From an uncultured Gammaproteobacteria bacterium (GTDB taxonomy: Bacteria; Patescibacteriota; Patescibacteriia; UBA9934): a stretch of 64,000 nucleotides of DNA. The notes under the pieces were generated by a model. The model saw only the letters and a program-made list of their open reading frames with translations, did no database searches and was not told the origin of the DNA. How positions within the stretch are numbered: position 1 is the first letter of the stretch; the number at the start of each line of letters is the position of its first letter. The stretch covers positions 365-64,364 of the forward strand of contig CAZKGL010000002.1 in assembly GCA_964552565.1 (NCBI GenBank), in the 5' to 3' direction. Positions 25,680 through 35,567 of this stretch are shown here, piece by piece. Made by a program: the position numbers and the translations under genes.

Positions 25680-26123
25680 TTAGAACGGAATATCTTCAAG
25701 TTTGATTTCATCATCGGCAACCGGTGTGGGCGCATCGTCAGAGGCCGGTGCTTCGCTCTTGAACGGCGTGCCGCCGCCCATCCCCGCACCCGCCTTGTCG
25801 AGCATGATCATGTTCTCGGCGACGATTTCGGTGCGGTAGCGCTTCTGGCCGTCCTGGCCTTCCCACTCGCGGTTTTGGATGCGGCCGTCGACGTACACCT
25901 TTTTGCCCTTCGTGAGGTACTGAGCGCAGATCTCTGCCAAGCGGCCCCAGGCGACGATGTTGTGATAGTCGGCCTGTTCCTTGCGTTCGCCGGTCTGGGT
26001 GGTAAACGCGCGGTTGGTGGCAATACTGAACGACGTGACCGACTGGCCGTTCGCCGTCTTCCGGAGCTCCGGGTCGCGGGTCAGGTTGCCGATGAGCATT
26101 GCGCGGTTGAGGGAGTTTGCCAT
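25680..26123 (-). CDS. ssb: Single-stranded DNA-binding protein
   Basis: LIGNLTRDPELR, acidic tail ending DIPF. Confidence 0.98.
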   Translation of the reverse strand: MANSLNRAMLIGNLTRDPELRKTANGQSVTSFSIATNRAFTTQTGERKEQADYHNIVAWGRLAEICAQYLTKGKKVYVDGRIQNREWEGQDGQKRYRTEIVAENMIMLDKAGAGMGGGTPFKSEAPASDDAPTPVADDEIKLEDIPF

Positions 26124-26135
26124 ATGAAGAGCGCG

Positions 26136-26621
26136 TTAGATGCTCTTCATGATATCGGAGTCGAGGATTTCGTCGAGCTTCTTATCAAGCTCCTGGGTCG
26201 ACATCGGCTTTTCGTCCGTCGCGGCGGCCGGCTTGTCAGCACGGCGCGGGCGGTCGTCGGCCTTGTCGCTAGCGCGGCGGCCCTCCGCGTTGAGCGGCGG
26301 GACGTACGACGTCGGCTTCGGCGTGTGGACCGGGACGCCGTCCGGGCGGGCGACGATCATGTGGCGGAGCACCTCGTCGGCAAGGCGCAAGTCCTGGTCG
26401 ACCTTCTTCATGGCTTCCTGCGCGGCCTCGACGTAAAAGAGGACGTACGTGCCGTAGCGGACGTGGTCGATGGCGTACGCGAGCTTGAGCTTCCCGAGGT
26501 TTTCGGTCTTCTCAATCTTGCAGCCGTCGGTTTCGAGCGTCTTTGCGACGCGCTCGCTCACGGCGTCGATCTCGTTGTCGGAGAACTTCGCCGGGATGAT
26601 CGTGAGGATCTCGTAGATCAT
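26136..26621 (-). CDS. rpsF: 30S ribosomal protein S6 with C-terminal extension
   Basis: YEILTII..G.LKLAYAI..VLRH; rpsF-ssb-rpsR order; promoter TTGACG-17-TACAGT. Confidence 0.93.
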   Translation of the reverse strand: MIYEILTIIPAKFSDNEIDAVSERVAKTLETDGCKIEKTENLGKLKLAYAIDHVRYGTYVLFYVEAAQEAMKKVDQDLRLADEVLRHMIVARPDGVPVHTPKPTSYVPPLNAEGRRASDKADDRPRRADKPAAATDEKPMSTQELDKKLDEILDSDIMKSI

Positions 26622-26864
26622 AGGTGGCTTGGCTCCGGTGGTCCGGAGCAACCCCGGGTGGGGCTTTGGACAAGAATAAGTGGCCGAACTGTAGCGGAAA
26701 AGGCCGGTGGCGTCAATGCCCTAGGCGGGGGTGCCCCGGGTATGCCACAATTCTTGTCAGCGGCCGGTTTTTCTGCTAGGCTGCGTGCTCCTCTGCTCCC
26801 CTTGGGCATCTCGCCCGGGAGCCGACGAGGAGAGTAACCGCCCTTTCCCACAAGGAGGTGCGCC

Positions 26865-28631
26865 ATGGCGGCGACCCCCGAAACCACCCCCGCGCTCCCC
26901 GCGCCGGTCGGCGGCGGCCGGTACCGGTTCATCCGGGAACTCGGCGTCGGCGGCATGGCGACGGTCTACGAGGCCATCGACGACCGACTCGACCGCGTCC
27001 GAGCCATCAAGGTCATGCACCCGCACCTGACGCGCTCGAAGGAGCTCGTCGCGCGGCACATGGCCGAGGCCAAGGCGCTCGCGAAGCTCGAAGGCCACCC
27101 GAACGTGCTGCGCGTGTACGACGTCGGCGTCGAAGACGGCAAGTACTACATCGTCATGGAGCTCGTCGACGGGATGAACGTCGCGGAGATGATGTTCTTC
27201 CGCGGCGGCGGCAAGGTGCAGGCCAAGTTCCTCGTGCGGGAAGCCGTCGACACCATGCACGCGGTCCTGTCGGCGCTCCGCGCCGCGCACGAACTCGGCA
27301 TGGTCCACCGTGACGTCAAGACGCAGAACGTCATGCTCACGAAGGACGGGCGGGTGCTCGTCATGGACTTCGGCATCGCGCTCTTCGCCGACAGCACGCT
27401 CACGAAGACCTCGGTCGTCATGGGCGGCTTCACGACGAGCCCGCCGGAGCAGCTCATGAGCGCGAAGAACGTCGACCAGACGGCCGACATCTACGCGTGT
27501 GGCGTGATGCTCTACCACATGCTGTCCGCGGACCTCGAGACGACGGAGTTCTACAAGAAGGTGCGCGACGACGGCCGCATGTCGTCCGTTCCGCCTCCCT
27601 TCGTCACGGTGTTCCGCCGCGCCTGCGCGGAGCGCCCCGAAGACCGCTACCAGAACGTGGAAGAGATGGTCGCGGGGATCGACGACGCCATGCGCGCGTA
27701 CCTCGCGATGACGCCGACGAACGCCGCGCTGGATCCTCCTGAGCCTCAGGTGGCTCCGAAACTGGAGCGGCCGGCGGCGCAGGTGATCCGCCTCAGCCCG
27801 GAAGCGGCCGCGCCGACCGCGGTGCCCGAGGCGGTGGAGGACCGCCCCGAGCCGCCCGAGGCGATCGCGAGCCGCGTCACGATGCCGCCCGAGTCCATCA
27901 AGGGCGACATCAGCGAGGATCCGTTCGCGGATCCGCCCGAGGTGCGCTCCCGCTCCCCGCGGTGGCTCATCCCGGCCGCGGTCGCAGTCGTGCTCGCCGT
28001 CGGCGCCGGAGCCTGGTCCTGGCGCACCTCGCCCGAGGCCGCCCCGGACCCCGCCGTCACGCAGGTGGCGGTGGCCGCGCCGATGCCCGTCATCGATCCG
28101 GAGCCGGAGACGTCGATGGCGGTGGACGAGGACGACCGCGTGCTCGACACGAGCGTGCCCGACGTCGGGACCACCGTCCTGACCTCGGCGGACCTCGTGC
28201 CCGCGCCCGCCGTCGCCGCGTCGACCCCGATGCCCGCCACCGTCGCGCTCAGCGCGACCCCTGCGGCCATCGAGGCGCAACCGTCGGTGCAGCCGTCCGA
28301 GGCGAAGCTGCTGAAGCCGAAGGCCGTGAAGCCCAAGGCGGCGGCGAAGCCCGTCACCCACACAGCCCGGTCCGCGGACGGAAGCATCGTCTTCACGGCG
28401 ACGCTCACCCCGTCCGACGACGCCGCGCGGCTCCTCGTGCGCTACAAGGTGGGCACTTCCCCGTGGAAGAAGCTCGCCATGCGCCAGGGCGCCCCCGGGA
28501 CGTACACCGCCACCCTCACGGTCGACGAGACCATGAAGGACGGCGTGAGGTACGTCGTCGAGGCGAGCCGGGACGGCGCGGAGCCGCTGCGGGACGGCAG
28601 CATGGACGTGCCGTACACCATCGTGCCCTAG
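26865..28631 (+). CDS. Hanks-type Ser/Thr protein kinase with Pro/Ala linker, TM helix and extracellular C-domain
   Basis: GVGGMATV, AIK, HRDVKTQN, DFG, PPEQ, DIYACG; AAGGAGG RBS. Confidence 0.93.
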   Translation: MAATPETTPALPAPVGGGRYRFIRELGVGGMATVYEAIDDRLDRVRAIKVMHPHLTRSKELVARHMAEAKALAKLEGHPNVLRVYDVGVEDGKYYIVMELVDGMNVAEMMFFRGGGKVQAKFLVREAVDTMHAVLSALRAAHELGMVHRDVKTQNVMLTKDGRVLVMDFGIALFADSTLTKTSVVMGGFTTSPPEQLMSAKNVDQTADIYACGVMLYHMLSADLETTEFYKKVRDDGRMSSVPPPFVTVFRRACAERPEDRYQNVEEMVAGIDDAMRAYLAMTPTNAALDPPEPQVAPKLERPAAQVIRLSPEAAAPTAVPEAVEDRPEPPEAIASRVTMPPESIKGDISEDPFADPPEVRSRSPRWLIPAAVAVVLAVGAGAWSWRTSPEAAPDPAVTQVAVAAPMPVIDPEPETSMAVDEDDRVLDTSVPDVGTTVLTSADLVPAPAVAASTPMPATVALSATPAAIEAQPSVQPSEAKLLKPKAVKPKAAAKPVTHTARSADGSIVFTATLTPSDDAARLLVRYKVGTSPWKKLAMRQGAPGTYTATLTVDETMKDGVRYVVEASRDGAEPLRDGSMDVPYTIVP

Positions 28632-28645
28632 CGGCAGGGCAAACG

Positions 28646-28677
28646 GCGCCCCTGGGAACGCAAGTTCCCGGGGGCGC
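28646..28677 (+). terminator. GC-rich hairpin after the kinase
   Basis: GCGCCCCTGGGAAC-GCAA-GTTCCCGGGGGCGC. Confidence 0.65.
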
Positions 28678-28706
28678 ACACCTTTCCTTCAACCCATTTC
28701 ATTACT

Positions 28707-29951
28707 ATGCAAACCTTCGCCATCCTTGGCAGTCACCCCACGCTTTCGCTCGCCGAGATTACGGCCGCGACCGACGCACGCGCCACGCACGCCGCAGGCA
28801 TCGCCGCGGTCTTTGATGACGTGTCGGGCGACCCCGGCACTCTCATGGAGCGGCTCGGCGGGACGCAAAAACTCGGCGTCGTCATCGGCGAAGTCGCCAA
28901 ACCCGACACGGGCGAACTCGTGGCGTTCCTTGCGACCCAGCTCGAACACGAGCACCGCGAAAGCAAGATGCATTTCGGCGTCAGCGTCTACGACTTCGGC
29001 AATCCGAAGGGCGTCGACCTCCTCGCGAAGCAGGCGCGTCAGATCGGCATGACGGTAAAAACCCAACTCAAAGAAAAGGGGCTGTCCGCGCGCTTCGTCA
29101 TGAGCGAGAGCCCGGCGTTGAATGCCGTTGCGGTCCGGAAAAACGACCTCATCAAGAAGGGCGCGGAATTCGTCCTGCTCGTCGCACCGGACCGTGTCGT
29201 CATTGGCACCACGACGGCCGTGCAGGACGCTGAAGATTGGAGCGAGCGCGACTTCGGCCGTCCGCGACGCAACGCGAAGCAAGGCATGCTCCCGCCGAAA
29301 CTCGCGCGCATGATGATAAACCTCACCGGCGAGCGCGTGACCGGCAAGACGCTCCTCGACCCATTCTGCGGCAGCGGCACCGTGCTCATGGAAGGCGCGA
29401 TGCTCGGCGCGGCGAAACTCGTCGGCAGCGACATCGCGACCGGCGCGGTCCACGACACGCAGCACAACCTCTCGTGGCTCAAGGAGCGCGGGGTGTCGGT
29501 CGGCGACGTCGACGTGTTTGCGGCAAAGGCAAGCGAGGTCGCACACCGCCTCGAACCCAAGTCGATCGATCTTCTCGTCACGGAAACCTATCTCGGCATG
29601 CCGCGCCGCGGCACGGAAACGAAGGAGGAAATTCTCAAGGCGGTGGAGTACATCGGCACGCTGTATCGCGAAAGCTTTGCGACCCTGCGTGCGGTGCTCG
29701 CGGACGACGCCGTCCTCGTCATTGCCGCGCCGGTGCACATGCTCGGCGATGCGTCATACGAAGCGCCGGTCGAAGCGATCATGACCGAACTCGGCTACTC
29801 CTACGACCCGGTGACGCCGGATCCGCTCATCTACCACCGCGAGGACCAGCTCGTCGGCCGCCGATTTTTCCGCTTCCAGGCAAACCCGCCCAAACAAGGA
29901 GGCCCCGGCAACGCGGCGGTGTACAAGAAAATGAAGGCCGAGCAAGGCTAA
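28707..29951 (+). CDS. Trm11/UPF0020-like RNA methyltransferase
   Basis: GMLPPKLARMMINL, LDPFCGSGT, GSDI. Confidence 0.85.
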   Translation: MQTFAILGSHPTLSLAEITAATDARATHAAGIAAVFDDVSGDPGTLMERLGGTQKLGVVIGEVAKPDTGELVAFLATQLEHEHRESKMHFGVSVYDFGNPKGVDLLAKQARQIGMTVKTQLKEKGLSARFVMSESPALNAVAVRKNDLIKKGAEFVLLVAPDRVVIGTTTAVQDAEDWSERDFGRPRRNAKQGMLPPKLARMMINLTGERVTGKTLLDPFCGSGTVLMEGAMLGAAKLVGSDIATGAVHDTQHNLSWLKERGVSVGDVDVFAAKASEVAHRLEPKSIDLLVTETYLGMPRRGTETKEEILKAVEYIGTLYRESFATLRAVLADDAVLVIAAPVHMLGDASYEAPVEAIMTELGYSYDPVTPDPLIYHREDQLVGRRFFRFQANPPKQGGPGNAAVYKKMKAEQG

Positions 29952-30080
29952 CCAAAAACGACGCCGCGAGGCGTCTTTTTGGCGGCTCTTCGTTTTCCTC
30001 AAGAAAAATGCGAAAAAGAACGCCTTCGCATTGACAATCGACCACAGCAACGACAGTATGGATGGCACGGAGGTCCCACC

Positions 30081-30485
30081 ATGTCCCTTCCCGTCCGTTC
30101 GGGCGACGGCCGCACGCCCGTCCCCGTCATCACCGCCCTCGACATCCGCAACGACCCCAGCCTCGCCATCCGCCTCCTCACCCCGATCGCCGATCTGCCG
30201 CTCGACGAGGCCGACGAAGCGGCGCGCCGGCTCGGGAACTCGCAGCTCACCTACGTCTACGAGGTCGTCGACTTCGACGAGGTGACGTTCGCCGCGTCGC
30301 TCGTGCCGCCGCACCTCGCGCGGAAGCTTCGTGCCGCGTTCGGCGCGAAGCTCCAGCCGGTCTGCGAGCTCGGCGAGGGGCTCGCGTCGCTCTGCCGCCA
30401 GGCGGTCGGGCGCGGACGCCCCGCGCAGTGGCTCCTCGAGGAGGTCAACCGGGAGATCGACAAGGTCATCCGGCTCCGGACGTAG
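30081..30485 (+). CDS. Hypothetical protein, 134 aa
   Basis: GGAGGTCCCACC-ATG, TTGACA upstream, terminator hairpin plus T run after the stop. Confidence 0.72.
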   Translation: MSLPVRSGDGRTPVPVITALDIRNDPSLAIRLLTPIADLPLDEADEAARRLGNSQLTYVYEVVDFDEVTFAASLVPPHLARKLRAAFGAKLQPVCELGEGLASLCRQAVGRGRPAQWLLEEVNREIDKVIRLRT

Positions 30486-30559
30486 TCCACCTCCGCCGAC
30501 ATCGAAGACGCCGCCCCCAACCTCCTCGGGGACGGCGTCGCTCTTTTTTATTCCTCCCA

Positions 30560-30697
30560 TCCCTCAACGGAGACGGCGGGGTGCGGGGATCCCGCCCATG
30601 CAATAAGGGGTGGCGGCGAGGGAGGCCCCCGATGGGCGCGCAGGGAGCGAAGCGACTCGAGCACCCAGCGGGGGTCCGAGCCGACAGGACCCGACCA
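30560..30697. repeat. REP-like GC-rich palindromic intergenic element
   Basis: Several short stems and a GAGCGAAGCGAC motif between convergent genes. Confidence 0.4.
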
Positions 30698-30702
30698 CTA
30701 CA

Positions 30703-31779
30703 TCACGATCCGATGCGGAAGTGGCAGACGTCGCCGTCCTGCATGACGTAGTCCTTGCCCTCAATACGCAGCTTGCCGTGGTCGCGCGCACCGGACTCGC
30801 CGCCGAACGTCACGAAGTCCTCGTACGAGATCACTTCTGCGCGGATGAAGTTCTTTTCGAAATCCGTGTGGATCACGCCGGCGGCTTGCGGCGCCTTCGT
30901 TCCTTTCGGAATCGTCCATGCCCGCGTCTCCTGTTCGCCGGTCGTGAGGTACGTCATCAAGTGCAACAACTCGTAACACTTGCGGATGACCGTATCGAGT
31001 CCGGACTCCTTCATACCAAGCTCTCCGAGCATCATCTTCGCGTCGTCGTCCGGCATCCCCGCGAGCTCCGCCTCGATCTTCACGGAGATCGGAATGGCAA
31101 GACGGTCAGGACCAAGCGGCGACGTCCACGCCCCGGATGTCGCCGTATCTTCGTCGACGTTCACGACGTAGAGAATCGGTTTCGTCGTGAGGAGCTGCAC
31201 GCCCTTCGCCGCCTCGCGCTCCTCGTCGGTCAGCTCCACGCTCCGCGCAAGCTTCCCCTGCGTCAGCGCCGCATGCCATTTCTCGAGCGCCGACGCCTGC
31301 ACCGCGAGCTCCGGCGTCTTGCCGGACTTCATCTTCCCTTTCACGCCATCGAGGACGCGCTCGACCGTCACAAGGTCGGCCATGGCAAGCTCGAGCTCGA
31401 TGACCTCGACGTCCCGCGCCGGGTCGACGCTTCCGTCGACGTGCGTGATATCCGGATTTACAAACTGGCGGACGACGTGCGCGATCATGTCGCACTCGCG
31501 AATGTTCGCGAGGAACTTGTTCCCCAGCCCTTCACCCTTGTGTGCCCCCTTCACCAGACCGGCGATGTCGACAAACTCGATCGCCGTCGGGATGAGCTTT
31601 TTCGACTGCGACATCTCCCCAAGCACCCTCACGCGCTCGTCCGGGACTTCGACGACGCCGACGTTCGGCTCGATGGTGCAAAACGGGAAGTTTGCGCAAT
31701 CCACCTGTTTTTTGGTGAGCGCGGTAAAAAGCGTGGATTTTCCGACGTTTGGGAGGCCGACGATGCCAACATTCAACAT
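30703..31779 (-). CDS. ychF: Ribosome-binding ATPase YchF
   Basis: GLPNVGKST, NFPFCTIEPN, DIAGLV.GA..GEGLGN, AAGVIHTDF. Confidence 0.98.
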   Translation of the reverse strand: MLNVGIVGLPNVGKSTLFTALTKKQVDCANFPFCTIEPNVGVVEVPDERVRVLGEMSQSKKLIPTAIEFVDIAGLVKGAHKGEGLGNKFLANIRECDMIAHVVRQFVNPDITHVDGSVDPARDVEVIELELAMADLVTVERVLDGVKGKMKSGKTPELAVQASALEKWHAALTQGKLARSVELTDEEREAAKGVQLLTTKPILYVVNVDEDTATSGAWTSPLGPDRLAIPISVKIEAELAGMPDDDAKMMLGELGMKESGLDTVIRKCYELLHLMTYLTTGEQETRAWTIPKGTKAPQAAGVIHTDFEKNFIRAEVISYEDFVTFGGESGARDHGKLRIEGKDYVMQDGDVCHFRIGS

Positions 31780-31918
31780 AGTGGCGAAAGTCTAGCAAAA
31801 ACATTGACGAAAGCCAACTTTTGCGGTAGTTTATCCCCTCCAATGATACGCTTTGGAGAGGCTGCGGACCCGCGTCTGTGCCTACCGATTCCGTGACCAC
31901 AACCCCGGAGGACACCCC

Positions 31919-33121
31919 ATGTTCCTTTCCCTGGCGAGCCTGGCGCTCGCACAGACCCCCGCCGAGTTCTGGCAGAAGCCCCTCAAGGAGGGCGTCGAGC
32001 CCGCGAAGGCGACCGTCGTCCTCGTCATCACCGCCCCGGAGACCGGGACGGCGACGAGCGTCATCGTCCGCGACAGCACGAACCTCCCCGAGCAGCTCGG
32101 CAAGTTCGAGCCCGACGGGATCCTGACGGTCGAGGCCGACAAGTCGACGAAGGCGAACGTGCTCGCCGCGCTCGCGGAGCTCCGCAAGTACGGCCGTGGC
32201 GTCGTCATCATCGACGGCCCATGGGTCGGCGGTGACTTCGAGGACCCCGTCCTCCTCACCGTCGACGCGAAGGCCGACGACCGCAAGACCGGCATCCGCG
32301 CCCGCGACCTGCTCGCGCAGCTCGACGGCGGCCAGGAGTGGGTCGCGGTCATCGCGCCGACGTTCGCGCCCGGCATGACGCCGAGCGGCGAGTCGTACAT
32401 CGGCCTGGACGCCGACCAGTGGGCGAGCTTCGCCCCGTCGACGATGAACGGCTACTTCCTGACGTCGCACGCCGACGTGGGGACGCCGCCGAGCGCGACC
32501 TGCAACGTGCGGTTCACCCACGTCCTCGGCAACAGCGTGAACGCGCACTACGGCTCGGGCCACGACCTCACCTTCGACGAGCTCACGAAGCTCGCGAAGC
32601 GGGAGGCCGGGCTCACGCCCGCGTGCGGCTTCGCCCCCGAGGCCCGCTACACCGGCAACCTCGCTCCGCCGCGCGTCATGCTCGTCGGGTCGGGCATCCT
32701 GCCCGAGCCCGATGCGCCCGTCGCCGTGATGATGCCGGAGAAGGGTCCCGTCGAGCCGGTGAAGATCCGGCCGAAGCACACGGTCCCCCTGCCGGTCTCG
32801 ATCGGCACCACGGGGCTCGGCGCCGTGCTCCTCGGCACCGCCGGCGTCCTCGCGGTCGGCATGCAGGCCGACGCCGAGACCGCCCGCGCGAGCTACGCCG
32901 AGCGCTTCAGCGAGACGAACGCCCGCGAGGAGTTCGGCAGCGAGGCCGAGGCGCAGGCCGAAGCGGAGGCGGAGGCGAAGCGCCTCGACAGCGAGTTCGG
33001 CCAGCGCGGCACGCTGATCGGGGCGCTCGCCATCGGCGGCGGCGTCATGCTCGTCGGCGGCGGCGTGACCTTCGTCATCTCCGACCAGGGCGGCATGGCC
33101 ACCCTCACCCTCCCGTTCTGA
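31919..33121 (+). CDS. Exported membrane-anchored protein with degenerate caspase (peptidase C14)-like domain
   Basis: Short signal peptide, STKANVLAAL, LLTVDA, FTHVL..LTFDEL pattern, two Gly-rich C-terminal TMs; GGAGG RBS. Confidence 0.65.
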   Translation: MFLSLASLALAQTPAEFWQKPLKEGVEPAKATVVLVITAPETGTATSVIVRDSTNLPEQLGKFEPDGILTVEADKSTKANVLAALAELRKYGRGVVIIDGPWVGGDFEDPVLLTVDAKADDRKTGIRARDLLAQLDGGQEWVAVIAPTFAPGMTPSGESYIGLDADQWASFAPSTMNGYFLTSHADVGTPPSATCNVRFTHVLGNSVNAHYGSGHDLTFDELTKLAKREAGLTPACGFAPEARYTGNLAPPRVMLVGSGILPEPDAPVAVMMPEKGPVEPVKIRPKHTVPLPVSIGTTGLGAVLLGTAGVLAVGMQADAETARASYAERFSETNAREEFGSEAEAQAEAEAEAKRLDSEFGQRGTLIGALAIGGGVMLVGGGVTFVISDQGGMATLTLPF

Positions 33122-33188
33122 CCCGTTCGCACCGGTCCGCGATGCGAAGCCCCCGCCACGGCGCATGCCATGGCGGGGGCCTTCTTTG

Positions 33189-35558
33189 TTACTCCGTGGT
33201 TGGCGTTGCGGGACTTTCCGTTGCCGCTCCATCGTCTTCTTCGATCGGCGGGGGCAGGTGCGCTGCGGCAAGGCCGGCCCTCAGGTTTTCCAAGCGCGTC
33301 GTGACGGTCGTATTGTCCGGGTTCAGCGCCGCGACCGCCTCAAGTTGCGCGATGGCGCCCTCGAGGTCCCCTTCGCCCTCGAGAATCGTCGCCAGGTACC
33401 AGCGGGCATTCGAATAGTTCGGGCTAATCTCGAGCGCGCGTTCGAGTTCCGCCTTTGCAAGGTCGTTCTTTCCCTGTTGCAAGTACAACAGTGCGAGCTG
33501 CATCGCCACGCCGATATCGAGCGGGCTCTGCGCCTTCACCGTTTCCATGCTCGCGATGGCGCTCTTCAACTCGCCCTGCCGTTCGTACACGCTTGCGAGG
33601 TAGTAGCCGGCGGGCAGATAGTCGCCCTTCAGCTCCTTTGCGTGCAGGAGCGCGGCGAGCGCCTTGTCGAGCGCCTCGGTCCGACGCGCGTCCGCGGCCT
33701 CCGCCGTGTCCGCATCGTCGCTCTCCATGGCGACCATCTCCTGGTCGGCTTGGACGAGGTACGCCTGGGCGAGGTCGACGAAATATTTCGGGTTATTCGA
33801 GGCGAGCGCGATCGCCTCCGTGTACGACGCCACCGCAAATGCCGCGGCGTCGGCAACGACCGGGGAGACCTCACGGTAGACGTCGCCCTGAAGCTCCCAG
33901 TTGACGACGTTGCCCGGCGACAGTTCGGTCGCGCGGCGTGATGCGCTGATGCTCGCGCCAATGAGCTGCTGGATGTATGTCGCAGTCGCGGTTTCGTCTT
34001 GCAGGGCGTCCGCGGTCTTCAAGAGGAGCGCGTGGCCGAGGTTGCGGTAGTAGATATCGCTCCAGCGGTTGCGCAGCGCCGCAGCATCGAGCCGCATGAT
34101 GACCTCGTCGATCGACGCGCCGGACCGGTCAAGGCTGATCGCCTGCGCGAACGCGACCTCCGCCGCGTAGCGCGACGACGTAACGAACAGCGACGTCACC
34201 AGGACGACGAAGGCGAGCACGAACGCGAACGCGCCGGCGAGACCGGCACGCGGCGAAAGCGCGAACGGGTACTCCTTCACCTCGCGCAGCGCCTGGCCGA
34301 GCAAGACGGCGGTCAGGAGCCAGAAGACAAACGACAACGTCATGTTCGACGCGTACAAAAACTGGCCCACAAACAAGGCGAGCCATGCGGCAAACGGCGC
34401 GAAGGTCATCTTCCATTCGTCGTGTACCCGCTCGCGGAGAAGGCGGGACAACGCAAGCGCGAGCACCGTACCGAATACCAGGAGATACGCCGCGAGGCCG
34501 ATGATGCCCTCCGTGGCCAAGATCGTCAGGACGTGCGACGCCGCCCGGTCGAACCGGACATCCCACAGCGTCGACGCGTTGACGCCAGCGTCATGGAATT
34601 TCGCATAATCGAACACGAATGTCCCCGGACCGCTGCCAAAAAACAGGTGGCTGTCACCAAGCGTCTGAGTCACGATCGCCCATGATGCTCGCTGGGTCGG
34701 CGCGGCCTCGGACAAAAACGGGTTGCTGATGACCGAGGGAATAAACAGGAACACCAGGGCGAAGACGAACAGGAGCATGGGCGGGACGAACCGGCCGATG
34801 GCCGGGAACTCCTGCGCGCGCACAAGCGCAAAGGCGAACAGCGTCCCCATGCCGACCAATGCAAGCGCCCAGGGCACCCAGTAGTCAATCGCGAGGAGCG
34901 TGAGCGTCGCGGCGAGCCCGGTGACGAAAATGGCGGCGCGGACCGCGACGCCCCATGGCCCGTGCGGCAGGACGTCGCGCTCCCCCGTCCCCCGTGCGGT
35001 CAGCCAAAGGCCGAACCCGAGCGTCGCCATAGAGACGAGGTACACCGCAAGCGCGTTTGGCGTCCCCACGGTGTTCGCGATGCCAAACAATGCGCGTCCG
35101 AAAAAGTTCGGCAATACGGAAAGGCCAACAAGGCCGGAGGTGAGTAAGGACCACGACCAGAGCGCGCGCTGGGTCGAGGTGTCGGCGAGGTACTGCGCCC
35201 CGAGGACGGCGAAGAGCGCGAAGGCGGCGGTCGTCAGGAAACTCGCGTACTCCTGGCCGGCTTCGCCGACCAAACTCAGGTACGGGCTGCCCGACAAAAG
35301 CGCGGAAACAAGGACCGCACCGGCAAGGGCGGCGATGAGCATGTACATCCCCCCGCCGTGACGGAACACGAACCGCTTTTCCGCGAGCGCGGACGACAAC
35401 GCGCAGATCGTCGCGATAACGACGAGGACGACCGTGACCGTCTGCTTATTCACTTCGAGCGCCTCGCTCGTCCACGGGCACCACACGAGCGGCACGGCTA
35501 CTGCACAAACAAGCAACGCTCCGCGCGTAATGGCGGCAAGGGTACGGCCAAGGGTCAT
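33189..35558 (-). CDS. Polytopic membrane protein (O-antigen ligase/O-OTase-like) with C-terminal TPR repeats
   Basis: Many TMs, TVGTPN.LA.Y, FGSGPGTF, RA.S..L..LAT.GIIG, TPR motifs. Confidence 0.8.
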   Translation of the reverse strand: MTLGRTLAAITRGALLVCAVAVPLVWCPWTSEALEVNKQTVTVVLVVIATICALSSALAEKRFVFRHGGGMYMLIAALAGAVLVSALLSGSPYLSLVGEAGQEYASFLTTAAFALFAVLGAQYLADTSTQRALWSWSLLTSGLVGLSVLPNFFGRALFGIANTVGTPNALAVYLVSMATLGFGLWLTARGTGERDVLPHGPWGVAVRAAIFVTGLAATLTLLAIDYWVPWALALVGMGTLFAFALVRAQEFPAIGRFVPPMLLFVFALVFLFIPSVISNPFLSEAAPTQRASWAIVTQTLGDSHLFFGSGPGTFVFDYAKFHDAGVNASTLWDVRFDRAASHVLTILATEGIIGLAAYLLVFGTVLALALSRLLRERVHDEWKMTFAPFAAWLALFVGQFLYASNMTLSFVFWLLTAVLLGQALREVKEYPFALSPRAGLAGAFAFVLAFVVLVTSLFVTSSRYAAEVAFAQAISLDRSGASIDEVIMRLDAAALRNRWSDIYYRNLGHALLLKTADALQDETATATYIQQLIGASISASRRATELSPGNVVNWELQGDVYREVSPVVADAAAFAVASYTEAIALASNNPKYFVDLAQAYLVQADQEMVAMESDDADTAEAADARRTEALDKALAALLHAKELKGDYLPAGYYLASVYERQGELKSAIASMETVKAQSPLDIGVAMQLALLYLQQGKNDLAKAELERALEISPNYSNARWYLATILEGEGDLEGAIAQLEAVAALNPDNTTVTTRLENLRAGLAAAHLPPPIEEDDGAATESPATPTTE

Positions 35559-35567
35559 AGGCGACTA

